Of a stretch of DNA of 64,000 nt, positions 19,001-28,800 are shown one piece after another. The stretch lies in IMG/VR virus record IMGVR_UViG_3300005611_000020. One strand, given 5' to 3'. A program made the position numbers and the translations under genes. Under the pieces are notes generated by a model. The model made no database searches. It was not told the origin of the DNA and saw only the letters and a list, made by a program, of their open reading frames with translations. Numbering within the stretch: the first letter of the stretch is position 1; every line of letters starts with the position of its first letter. The DNA comes from an uncultured virus (IMG/VR IMGVR_UViG_3300005611_000020). Its lineage: Duplodnaviria; Heunggongvirae; Uroviricota; Caudoviricetes.

Positions 19001-19207
19001 GGCTAAATTCCGAGTTTTGACATGAGTAAGGCTATAAGCTTTACGAAGTAGGAAAATTCTTCTGGAAGAATCTGAATGAGTTGATTCAAGAAATGAACAG
19101 ACGCCAAACATTGAACGATCAGAGGTGGGGTGAGTCCAAGAAGGACAAACAAGATAATCCCATCACCTAAAGTCCTTGAGGGTCTTTCCATGAAGTGAGG
19201 GTTCTTT

Positions 19208-19780
19208 TCAATGAGCACATGAGCCATCATCAATCTCCTGAGTGAATGTTGCTTTTTCGGTTACGCCGTCGCCATTCAGTGACCACCAGAACAATGATAA
19301 CGTGTATCGGTCTCCTCGGATTACCTGATTAACTTTATGACCTAAATTTGATTCAAAAGTAACCAGTTTTCCAGGCTCTGGCCGAATTGGCTCGTATCCA
19401 TCGACAACCAAGTCTCCCCCAAGGCAATCGGACAGAAACAAGATGGAACTAGCTTTCCGGTTCCATCCGGTCAGTGGATGAATTTCACCATCCCTATGAT
19501 GGCTCAGATGCCCCCCTTCGGGAATCCAATGCAACCCGGCACCATGCAAGTCGAAGTCAGGAAACGACTCGTCTGGAGCAGCAACATTCAGGCATATCAG
19601 TTGCAAGAGTAATTTGCAGGATTCCGAGAGTCTGGAAGGGTCTTTCGTAGCATACTTCGTAGAGTTCTCATCTGAATACTTATGCCAGTAAGGCCAAGTG
19701 GTAGAAGGTATAACAGATCTCGCTGATCTGATTATGGGTAACCATTCAGGAAACTTTTTAATTACTACTTGAGTATCCAT
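19208..19780 (-). CDS. 2OG-Fe(II) oxygenase
   Basis: HHRDG (HxD), GGDL, GHKV, RYTLSLFWW. Confidence 0.85.
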   Translation of the reverse strand: MDTQVVIKKFPEWLPIIRSARSVIPSTTWPYWHKYSDENSTKYATKDPSRLSESCKLLLQLICLNVAAPDESFPDFDLHGAGLHWIPEGGHLSHHRDGEIHPLTGWNRKASSILFLSDCLGGDLVVDGYEPIRPEPGKLVTFESNLGHKVNQVIRGDRYTLSLFWWSLNGDGVTEKATFTQEIDDGSCAH

Positions 19781-19814
19781 ACCAACACTTAACCAGTCGT
19801 TTCGAATTTATTGG

Positions 19815-20363
19815 CTAGTTCTTCACCGCACACACGCAAACATTGAGAAAACTCTCAGCAACATTATTCCATACAGGAACATCAACACTTGGAGTGATAG
19901 TGCAGGGGCTGTCGTACTCACAAGCTACGACTTCAAGTCCTGCATCAAAACATAGTGTTCTGAGAGCGGACGTTGAAAATCGAAAGAAGTCCGAAGGATA
20001 CCCATGGATCGGAAATGTCTGATGAGTGTGAAGAAATAGCACTCCACCGGGTTTGAGTATCTGTGACATTGCATACATCGCCGTCCACGGTCGCTCGATG
20101 TGCTCCAGTGTCGCTGGACTAAAGATAGCATCGAACTTCAGATCAGTCACTTCATGGATGCGTTGCAGGTCTGCGACTATGTCTACGCCGTCTCCTGATT
20201 CGATGTCCGTTGTCATCCACTTAGCATAAGGCACATGGTTGCGGTAGTTTGGATTTACGGACCCTGGCCAAACCTTTGCACCTGTCAACAATATCAGTGG
20301 CTCAGCAATGCCACTTGATTGCATGTCTGCAAGTTTACGCTGAAATGTATTCAGGATGTTCAT
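19815..20363 (-). CDS. class I SAM methyltransferase-like protein
   Basis: GVDIVADL, FDAI...TLEHIERPW, LKPGG, FPIHGYPSDFFRFS. Confidence 0.85.
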   Translation of the reverse strand: MNILNTFQRKLADMQSSGIAEPLILLTGAKVWPGSVNPNYRNHVPYAKWMTTDIESGDGVDIVADLQRIHEVTDLKFDAIFSPATLEHIERPWTAMYAMSQILKPGGVLFLHTHQTFPIHGYPSDFFRFSTSALRTLCFDAGLEVVACEYDSPCTITPSVDVPVWNNVAESFLNVCVCAVKN

Positions 20364-21703
20364 GTCTTCTCCGAGATTGATTTTTCAGAACTCTCGCGAC
20401 GACTTCGCCACTCTATCAGTTCGTTGCGGGGTTGGTTTTCCGCATGATACATATCTCCGCAGTCGTCTGCGAAAATGCAGTAGGCTTTATCCTTCGGGAT
20501 ATGATCTCCTGGAAAGGATTCTGTTCCCCACCATTGACTGCGAATTTTCGGAAACTCGCCGCCGTTGCAAATCATAGAAGTTCTTAATGCGTAAAACGTG
20601 CCTGAGAAGTGGTAGCGATACTTGCACCCGAAGTGTTTCCCGTTACGCAAAAAACTGCCAACTGCCGTATATCCCTCAGACATTTTGCTGAAGACTTCAG
20701 GGAGATTTCCGACAACAGTTTCGTACATGGCCTCTGTCCACCATGCAATTGATTCAGATTCATTCGTGTGACTCTGTGCGCCCTTACCATGAGCACACAC
20801 TACTACATCATTGATGTTCTGACTTACTACCATCGTAAACATTTCACGATACGTTTTCACTTCTCGCAATTTTGGATCATTATCGCAGATGACAAATTCC
20901 CATTCGTTACTGAACTCTCGCTGAATCGACTCGACACTGTCTGTGCCTTCTCCAGTCGCAATGGCCATGATTTTTCTGTCATAACCATTCGCATACTTGC
21001 CAAGGTACTCAATATGCTTTTGCCAGGTTCCAGTTCTCGGCCACAAATGAAACAACAGCTTCGCTGAAGGTTTTGCAGTAAATGGCAGGGGCGTTAGGCT
21101 ACCACCTTCACCACCCGGCATATTGCGAAACATTGAGTAGTTTTGATCCTGAGTGCTCAGTTCCTGTTTGGCTAAATCGATGGCTTCCCGCACCCATGAT
21201 CGACACACTGCTTCGGTTATTACATTTGGAATTGGCAGTTTACTAAGCAGCTTGATGTGAGGTTTTGCGTCTTCCAGTTTGGTTTTGTTGCTGACAAGAT
21301 GCGAAACTATCTTCTCAATGTTTGCTTCACACTTTTCAATGCCCCATGAATTCATCATGTCTGCATACTTGTCGCATCCACACCCTTCTGAATTGCTGAT
21401 TTTCGATCTTACTCCAGTATGCTTGTAGATCACTTCCTTGAGTATTGACCCAACACGTATGACTGGCTGCCTTGGTTTAATAGGCGATTTGGTTGTTGAA
21501 ATACCTTCAGTTACTTTACCTGCTGCACTTGCATTATCGCTTCCGTTTTCCCTTGCCTCGGATTCCCATGCTCGACGATATTCGGCAGTAATTACTGGAG
21601 TGCAATTTACTCCGTGGCAAATTTGCTTTTGCCGTTTCGACATGTTTTGCTGAAACAGTGGACACCAACCTGATGACAGATCACATTGACATTTTTCACT
21701 CAT
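20360..21703 (-). CDS. Cys-rich N-terminal domain fused to a glycosyltransferase-like C-terminal domain
   Basis: CQC...WCP, GCGC....MNSWG..C; C-terminal AHGKG, YHFSGTFY, GTESFPG. Confidence 0.55.
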   Translation of the reverse strand: MSEKCQCDLSSGWCPLFQQNMSKRQKQICHGVNCTPVITAEYRRAWESEARENGSDNASAAGKVTEGISTTKSPIKPRQPVIRVGSILKEVIYKHTGVRSKISNSEGCGCDKYADMMNSWGIEKCEANIEKIVSHLVSNKTKLEDAKPHIKLLSKLPIPNVITEAVCRSWVREAIDLAKQELSTQDQNYSMFRNMPGGEGGSLTPLPFTAKPSAKLLFHLWPRTGTWQKHIEYLGKYANGYDRKIMAIATGEGTDSVESIQREFSNEWEFVICDNDPKLREVKTYREMFTMVVSQNINDVVVCAHGKGAQSHTNESESIAWWTEAMYETVVGNLPEVFSKMSEGYTAVGSFLRNGKHFGCKYRYHFSGTFYALRTSMICNGGEFPKIRSQWWGTESFPGDHIPKDKAYCIFADDCGDMYHAENQPRNELIEWRSRRESSEKSISEKT

Positions 21704-23316
21704 TACAGCGTGACCCTGATTAAAATTGTTGATGAACAATAACAGATATCTGACATGTTGCCGGGTGCAGGGATTTCAAAGTCAAGCTGAAATGGACTGC
21801 ATGATCCTGTTGTAACTCTATGAACGAAATCCCACTGCCCTTCGAAAGAAACGAATCTTCCGTAGATGTAGTAATTTGAGGGGTCAGCTTCAGTCAACTC
21901 TTCTGCTGTGCAGTCTGGTGGAGCGTAGAATATGCCTAACGTTTGAAACTCGAATTGCCTTGTTGTATTTAAACATTGGCCTGTCACTAAACAGCCATTA
22001 GTGCCGTCAGTTCTATAAACCACATAGTGTTGACAATAATTTCCATATCCAAAATCATCTGGAATTACGGATGGACTGTTACAAAAGCCGTAGGTGGAAG
22101 CCCCCATTGGCCATATCTCACTGGCGCAATCAGAAATTATCTCAGCATACAGCGTCGGGGGTATACATTGCACATTTCCAGTTGCCGCTGGAATTGCAAT
22201 AGCTTCACACGCTCCGAGACACGTCTGATCGAGAACTGGAGCACAAAAGCATCGTGTATCAATCGAGATGATGTCATCAAGGTTCAGCGACGGATTAACG
22301 CTTGTGCCTGGAAGTGATACGTCTGTTATGGCAATGTCACAAGTCTTGGTGTATTTGATTGCTCCAAATTCCAATCGCGTCAGGTTTCGAACAATTGAAA
22401 TGTCAACCTGATCAGTAACAACTCGCCATTCTACTTCACACTGACTTGTTAGCGTGCCAGTAATTGTGACAGTATCAGTTTCATATCCGCACCTTTCCAC
22501 TGCAAATTCGATTGGCCCATAGGTGCAGTCGACTAACTCAATCTCCAGTCGTTTAGTTTTGTTTTCGAAGCAGCAATCAAAGTATTCATACGTCACGCAA
22601 GCTTTAATAGGAATACATTTACATGGCCCGATAAACCAGCAGAACTCATCAGAAAACAAATCTCCGTCGGCTATTTGCTGTTGATAGTCCTCACCAAAAA
22701 TTCGAATGGCCGTTTTATCACCAACAGACAATTCAGGGCGGTCACAAATCCCCTGAATAGATTTCCAAGGCGGGTCTGGAATTGTGGCTCTTGGATTCAT
22801 GCGAATCATTCCGCATGGTGGGCATGTCCCTTGCTCCAGATCACCGAACTGCCCAGAGTTTGAAACTCCCGAAGGTTGGAATACTTCAATTGTTCCAGTC
22901 AGAGAAACTTCAGGATAGCTCTGAACTTTGATTGATATTGCCTGCTCATCCAGTCCGATTGTTGGTGGCGTGTCACAATTCGAAAAAGACACCTGCTCAA
23001 CATAACTTGTCACGTCAACTGTAAAACAGCATCCATCACCATCATCAGTGATGTACATGTCAACGCTGATTCCTGCGGATTTGCAGGACAATGACACTGT
23101 TGAATAATTTGTCGTGCCGCACTCAAGAATGGCTTTCCCGTACAGAGTCTTGCAGCATCCGAAAATCTCAGAGTCAAGGCCAGAGTCCAATCTGATAATG
23201 ACACAAAGAAATTCAGGCACACACCCAGCACACCCAAAACATCCATTGTCATTATTGCTTGGAGTCTTGCAATCAGGGCAACATCCCCCTGTTGCTCCAC
23301 GAGGGCGAATTGCCAT
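21703..23316 (-). CDS. very Cys-rich putative tail fibre/receptor-binding protein
   Basis: About 41 Cys in 537 aa by hand count; last gene of the tail block. Confidence 0.5.
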   Translation of the reverse strand: MAIRPRGATGGCCPDCKTPSNNDNGCFGCAGCVPEFLCVIIRLDSGLDSEIFGCCKTLYGKAILECGTTNYSTVSLSCKSAGISVDMYITDDGDGCCFTVDVTSYVEQVSFSNCDTPPTIGLDEQAISIKVQSYPEVSLTGTIEVFQPSGVSNSGQFGDLEQGTCPPCGMIRMNPRATIPDPPWKSIQGICDRPELSVGDKTAIRIFGEDYQQQIADGDLFSDEFCWFIGPCKCIPIKACVTYEYFDCCFENKTKRLEIELVDCTYGPIEFAVERCGYETDTVTITGTLTSQCEVEWRVVTDQVDISIVRNLTRLEFGAIKYTKTCDIAITDVSLPGTSVNPSLNLDDIISIDTRCFCAPVLDQTCLGACEAIAIPAATGNVQCIPPTLYAEIISDCASEIWPMGASTYGFCNSPSVIPDDFGYGNYCQHYVVYRTDGTNGCLVTGQCLNTTRQFEFQTLGIFYAPPDCTAEELTEADPSNYYIYGRFVSFEGQWDFVHRVTTGSCSPFQLDFEIPAPGNMSDICYCSSTILIRVTL

Positions 23317-23972
23317 TATGGGCATCCCCCTGTTGCACAGCACATACTGAATACTACCCAATGGCAATCCTCAGTTGAGTACGGATCGCATGAACCTGCA
23401 CCTTCCATCTTGATAGCAAACCCTTTGAGGCCAAGAAGTAAAACTGGATCAACATTGAAGAAGCAACCAGCTTCATCTTCAACGACGATTGCTGAATCAA
23501 CGGCTGGAGAACTTAACCCGCAAGCTCTAAGTGTTACTGTAGCATCAACACAGCCCGTTCCACATTCTTCGGAATCGGTAATTGTGAACATCACAATGTC
23601 AGAACCACCACCACCAGTATCTGCCAGCCATGTTCCGTACTTATCCCTTTTGACTGAGATGTATTCGTCACCAGCAATGTCTGATTCTTTGAGGTTGTAA
23701 ACAACGTGAGTGAATGAAGAAACTTCTTCAAGATTATCGTCTACAATCCGATAGATATTACATTCAGCACTTCCCGGAGTTGTTGTTGATCTTGCTGGAA
23801 TACCATCTACTGGAGTCTTTGCAATGTAGACTTCAGGAGCTTGATGATTAGCATCCTGCTCACTGAAGAGTTGAGAAGATCGAGAAGGGGAATTAACCCT
23901 TCCACCCTTTCTATCATTGATCATGTCTTTCAAGAGACGATGATCTTCATCAGTGAGAAATATGAAAGGCAT
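23316..23972 (-). CDS. putative tail-tip structural protein
   Basis: Position in the tail block; GIPARS..TPGSA.C motif; Cys-rich C-terminus. Confidence 0.5.
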   Translation of the reverse strand: MPFIFLTDEDHRLLKDMINDRKGGRVNSPSRSSQLFSEQDANHQAPEVYIAKTPVDGIPARSTTTPGSAECNIYRIVDDNLEEVSSFTHVVYNLKESDIAGDEYISVKRDKYGTWLADTGGGGSDIVMFTITDSEECGTGCVDATVTLRACGLSSPAVDSAIVVEDEAGCFFNVDPVLLLGLKGFAIKMEGAGSCDPYSTEDCHWVVFSMCCATGGCP

Positions 23973-23981
23973 TGGCTTGAC

Positions 23982-24503
23982 CTAAGCAGGGTAAGCAGTG
24001 ATTGAATATCTGATAGGACTTCCAGAATCATTCCTGAGAGAAATGGAGCCATTCAGAATCAGCGTCATGGCGTCTTCGTGGATGGGCAGTCTGAAGCAAT
24101 CACCAGGAATGATTGGGATGAAGAAGTCAAATCCCTGTCTCATAGCAGTGAGAAAGAGGATTCTTGTTTGAGCCTCTTCGCGTTCTTCATTTGTTGGATT
24201 CTGAGAAGTGAACTTACCTTCAAAATTCTCAATCAGAATTGTGTGAGGAGTTTCTACCCAACCAGTATCAATAGCTTGAATTTCTCCAGCTTTGATAGTT
24301 CTCTCACGCAGGTAAGGTTGCTCATCCTCATCTAACAGGTGATCCCATCGGTTGACTCTTTCATGTGGTTCCCCATCAGGGCGTTGATGGTAGAAAGATT
24401 GAACCACGGTCAATCGAGGTTGTTGGATTGGACGTATCACTTTCTTTTCAGGAAGACCTTGTACAATTGGTGTATGGTCATCCCACATTGATGTCTCACT
24501 CAT
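23982..24503 (-). CDS. hypothetical protein
   Basis: ORF in the tail block, start MSETSMW. Confidence 0.55.
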   Translation of the reverse strand: MSETSMWDDHTPIVQGLPEKKVIRPIQQPRLTVVQSFYHQRPDGEPHERVNRWDHLLDEDEQPYLRERTIKAGEIQAIDTGWVETPHTILIENFEGKFTSQNPTNEEREEAQTRILFLTAMRQGFDFFIPIIPGDCFRLPIHEDAMTLILNGSISLRNDSGSPIRYSITAYPA

Positions 24504-24519
24504 TTTGGCTTCCAAACTG

Positions 24520-24927
24520 TTAAGGTACTGCGACTCCACTGACATTGATTGCCAGTTTCAAATTGCCTGTTGTTGTTGCTACTCCAATGATCGTTGAGAA
24601 CTCCCCTGAACTCAAATCGCTTGAAGGCATAATTGCTCCAGCAGTATTGGAAACAACGTAGATGCTTCCAACTGCTAGAGTAGCTCCCATATCAATGTTA
24701 TCTGCTGTTGCGATGTAAACGTCATCACCATCGTCAGCATAACCAATGAAGATACCTTCAACATTGGCTGTTGCTGCCGATGTAGCGATTCCTTTGTAGT
24801 ATTCTCCGTCAGCGGCTTTTCGGTAAGCTGTCATTCCGGGAGATACTGTCTCTCCAGCAGTGACTCGTTTTAGTTGAGTTGATGAAGTGACTCTTACATT
24901 TGCTGGTGTCTGTGTTAAATCAGCCAT
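24520..24927 (-). CDS. putative virion structural protein
   Basis: A/G/T-rich beta-type sequence in the tail block. Confidence 0.5.
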   Translation of the reverse strand: MADLTQTPANVRVTSSTQLKRVTAGETVSPGMTAYRKAADGEYYKGIATSAATANVEGIFIGYADDGDDVYIATADNIDMGATLAVGSIYVVSNTAGAIMPSSDLSSGEFSTIIGVATTTGNLKLAINVSGVAVP

Positions 24928-24935
24928 CTGATTTC

Positions 24936-25889
24936 CTAGAAGCTGGTTGGAATTCCAAGAGTGAGAAAATTTGATTCTGAGTAATACTGAATGTCGATTG
25001 TTGCTACGTCTGCAATGTCATCAATAGGAACACCACTACCATTCAGGGGAATTCTTTTAACTTCTCCCTGTTTGTCTTTTACTCTGGAAAAGTGAATTGG
25101 GTTATCAGGGTCAAGAGGAACACCGGGGGCAAATTCAGAAGTTGAGTCCCAAGTTCCTGTTGCTGTGTTAAGCCTTCCAAGAGCCATCGTGCCTTCATCA
25201 AGAGCCACTCTGTCAAACGTCGTGAAGTCTACGTCAAATTCAAAGATGCGTTTGTAGTAAACGCTACATGAACCAAAGTAGAGTCTTTCCCATGAAACGT
25301 TACTCAGTTTAATTGTTCTTGCTACCAATCCCCAAAGTGGAGCGTCATTAACAGTGTCAACCATCTGAGAAAAAACATTCAATCCAAGTGAAGCAGTATT
25401 TTGTTCAATTCGTACTGTTGGCCTGTTGTTATCAAATTCAACAATTGCTCCTCTCAGCGTTTCATGAGCTGAATTTTCAATAGGATTTCCGTCTTTGTCT
25501 TGAGTGACTTCCTTTGTGTACTTAACAAAAGAACCTGAAACCTTCATCGGTTCCAGTAGAGGATTTTCAATTGTTGTTGTATTGCATCGTTGAGGATTGA
25601 GTGTGGTAAATTTCTGTTCGACAGTCCAATGGTTGGGCGGTTCCCCTTCCCTGTATTCTTTGGCTTTCCTGATTCTCATGAAGCCAGTACAGAATGCCCA
25701 TGAATCCAAGTCATTACCAAACGACCAGACAGAACCGGGAACAGGCAAACCTGAAGCTAACATTACAATTGTAGGGCCGTCATCAATGTCAGTTGTTTTA
25801 ACACGATGGACAACCTTATAGACTCGATGACCTTCATCATCTCTGTCTAACTCGGTAACAACAGGACCACCTGTAACTGATGCACTCAT
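24936..25889 (-). CDS. putative distal tail/tail-tip protein
   Basis: Immediately downstream of the tape measure gene. Confidence 0.5.
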   Translation of the reverse strand: MSASVTGGPVVTELDRDDEGHRVYKVVHRVKTTDIDDGPTIVMLASGLPVPGSVWSFGNDLDSWAFCTGFMRIRKAKEYREGEPPNHWTVEQKFTTLNPQRCNTTTIENPLLEPMKVSGSFVKYTKEVTQDKDGNPIENSAHETLRGAIVEFDNNRPTVRIEQNTASLGLNVFSQMVDTVNDAPLWGLVARTIKLSNVSWERLYFGSCSVYYKRIFEFDVDFTTFDRVALDEGTMALGRLNTATGTWDSTSEFAPGVPLDPDNPIHFSRVKDKQGEVKRIPLNGSGVPIDDIADVATIDIQYYSESNFLTLGIPTSF

Positions 25890-28800
25890 TAGAACAAGTC
25901 CGATCCTTGAATTTCTACGATTGGTCTGCCTTCAGTAATAACAACAAGACGCTCAGCAGCTTGAGCAATACGGTTCAGGACTTGCTCATTACCAGTCTGA
26001 GACACATTTGGGGTCTGATTATTTTCGGCGTTTGAGACTCTCTCAGTAATCTGAGCAGTCTCTGAGACGTCTTGAGATACGATTTGAGAGTATCTAGCCT
26101 CTGATAAGGTTATTTGACTTATCTGCTCTGTTGAAGGCCTTGAGGATGTAACAGACGCTAGATTTTCTTCTGCTGTCGTCAGTGTTGAGCCAGTTGTAAG
26201 TGTTTCTTTTACACTCCTGACTTCTTCTAATTGAGACTTGAAAGAATTAAGTGATTCTTCCAGTCGTGTTGCCCGAAAATTTGAAGAGGTATTAGCCAGA
26301 GCTGTCTCTACATTCCGGACTTTTTTGACCAGACTAGCCTCTCTAATATCCAGCTTAGATAGTTGGGTATCCCTGTTTACCTTCTCAGTATTAAGAGAGT
26401 TAATTTGAGTAGTTTGGTTAACCTTCTCTGAGAGCCTCTGAGAGCCTCTGAGAGCCTCTGGAGTCTTAGCTAATGGTATTTGCCGTATAGTCTCTTCGAA
26501 GGTCATTAGAGAGCCACTCAGAGCCTCTAAAGGTAGGTTAAGATCAAGAGTTCCCAGATCTTCCAGATTTATCGTTTGAGGGATGCTATCGGGGATAGTT
26601 GTTGATAGGTTCTCAGGACTTAATTCTCTTGACTCAAGGGCATTTACTTGTGTGCCTGTGAAAATGTTCTGAGACTGTTGAGACTGTTGAGACTGTTTGA
26701 GAATTTCAGAGTATCTGTTTTCAGTTCCAGTTCTCTCAAGGAATTTTTTATTACCTTCTGCAAAGCTCATAATGTTTTGCAGGTTACCTTGATTGGTGCT
26801 AACAACAGAACCAGAGTCTGTCTTGTTGAGGTTTTGCTGCTGAATAGAAATAGCAATTGCTCTTGCGATGGTATCATCAGCATGAGGTAGTCTTGGTCTT
26901 TCTGTTCTGGATGCTTCAAGGTTCTCTCGCTGAGTCTTAAAATCCTCAGATTGTTGAATAAGGTCTTGTTGCTGAGTGACTCGTTGTGTCTGATCTGGGA
27001 TTTCAGGAAGTCTATCTGGAAGCATGATACTATCAGCAGTCAGACCAATAGATACATTCTGACCATCAAGAGACGCGATTGACTCTCTGATTTGATCGAC
27101 TTGTGTCTGAGCATAATCCAGCGACTCTTCCAGTCTTACTAAGCGGAAGGTTGAAGTAGTTTCTGAAATTGTCTTTTCGATATTGACAATTTTCTCTTGC
27201 AGTCTTTGTTCTGCCTTTTCCAGTTCCTGTTTTGTCTCTGGCGGTTGTGGAGTAGCAGGAGCTTCTACTTTTGCAACTTGGTCTGTGCCACCTTCAAGGA
27301 AAGCATTTACTCTTGCCAATGCTTCTGCTGAATCAGCTTCAACAGCATCGATACCTTTGACACTAAGATCAAACGAGTAGTCTCTGTCAGTCTTTTCTTT
27401 CAGACCATCAAGTTGTTTTTCAGCATCAGTAACAGCCGCTTCAAATGTAGCTTGATCAATCAGACCTTCATCAAGCATCGATTGAAGTTCCTGTTGTCGT
27501 TTTTCAAATTTCTGTTCTGGTGGAAGATACTGCTCAATGAGTTTATCAGCATCCTGCTTTTTCTTCTCAAAGTCAGTTTTCTCTTTGAGCGTTGTTGTCA
27601 ATTCGACAATGCGAGCAATCTGTTCTTCAGATGCCCCGAGTTGTTGAAGATCAAACACTTGAATTTGTTGTTGATCCATTCCGAATGTCTCAACTCGATA
27701 TTGAAGACTTTCCATAATGGAACTGACTTCTTCTTCAATCTTCTGAGCTTTGACCTTCACATTGATCTGAGCGTCAAGATTTTGAAGTTGCTTAATCTGT
27801 TCTTCAAGTCCTGTAACATCCAAACCTGCTTCTTTGAGTTGTGTTGCTTCAACTTGCAGTTCCAGAATTTTAGATTGTCTTTCTTCCAGACCTACTGATC
27901 GAAGTTCTTGCTGGAATGACTGGACAAGAGTTTCTGAGGACTTAGTAGCTTTTTCAAAAGTCTCTCGAACATCCATGCTTGGAGTAGCAGATGCTTGAGA
28001 CGCTTGTACCTTTTCTGCGTCTGGAACAACTGCCCCTTGAGCAATGAGTTGCTGGAGTTCTTTTGCCTGCTGCCTGAGTTGGTCTCTTCTGGTTTCCAGT
28101 TCTTTCAGTGTCTGTTCTTCAATAGCTAACAAGCCATTATTAAAAACACGATCAAAACCACCAAACTCTTCACTGATTTTCTTTTGTTGACTTCCGATCT
28201 GATTAGCAATTCCTTCAAGGTCCAATTCTATCTGCGTCTGGAAGTCTTGAAGCTCTGCCAGTTGTTTATCAGGATCAGCAATCAACTGGATGTCAGCAAT
28301 CTCAGAAGAAAATCCTTTATCGAGAACTCCCTGAAGTTCCTTGTTAAGTTCGATGGCTCTTTGTGTTTCTCGGTTGAACTCACTAACCGCCTGCATTCCT
28401 GAGAGGAAATAACCAGCGATTCCTTCACCTGCGTCTTTTCCAGTACCGAAGTCTTTGAAGAGGTCAAGGATTCCTAATACTTCAAGCAGACCGGCTCCGA
28501 ACTGACTGGCGGAATCGAGAACACCAAAGAATAGATCAGTGAATGGTTTTGAGACTTTAGAAACGAATTTACCAATGTTGCTTAGAGGCTCTGAGAAAGT
28601 ATTGACAAGAATTTCACCAATTCCTTTGACACCACCAACAATTATGTTGGAAGCAACAGAAACCATATTGGCAATTTGATCAAACGTAGAAGACAGTTTT
28701 TCTGAGAGTGTGTTTCCTCGTCCAACAAGAAGAACGAAAGAAGCTCCAATTGCTGCTACTGTTCCAACGATAGGGAGTAAAGCAGAAACGATTGGCATCG

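Noticed and set aside
26431..26699. Short tandem repeats (AGAGCCTCTG x3; GAGACTGTT x3)
   Set aside because: Inside the tape measure coding sequence with no spacers; not CRISPR, and the frame is preserved
27413..27898. 161-aa plus-strand ORF
   Set aside because: Antisense shadow of the tape measure gene, F/L-rich and without motifs
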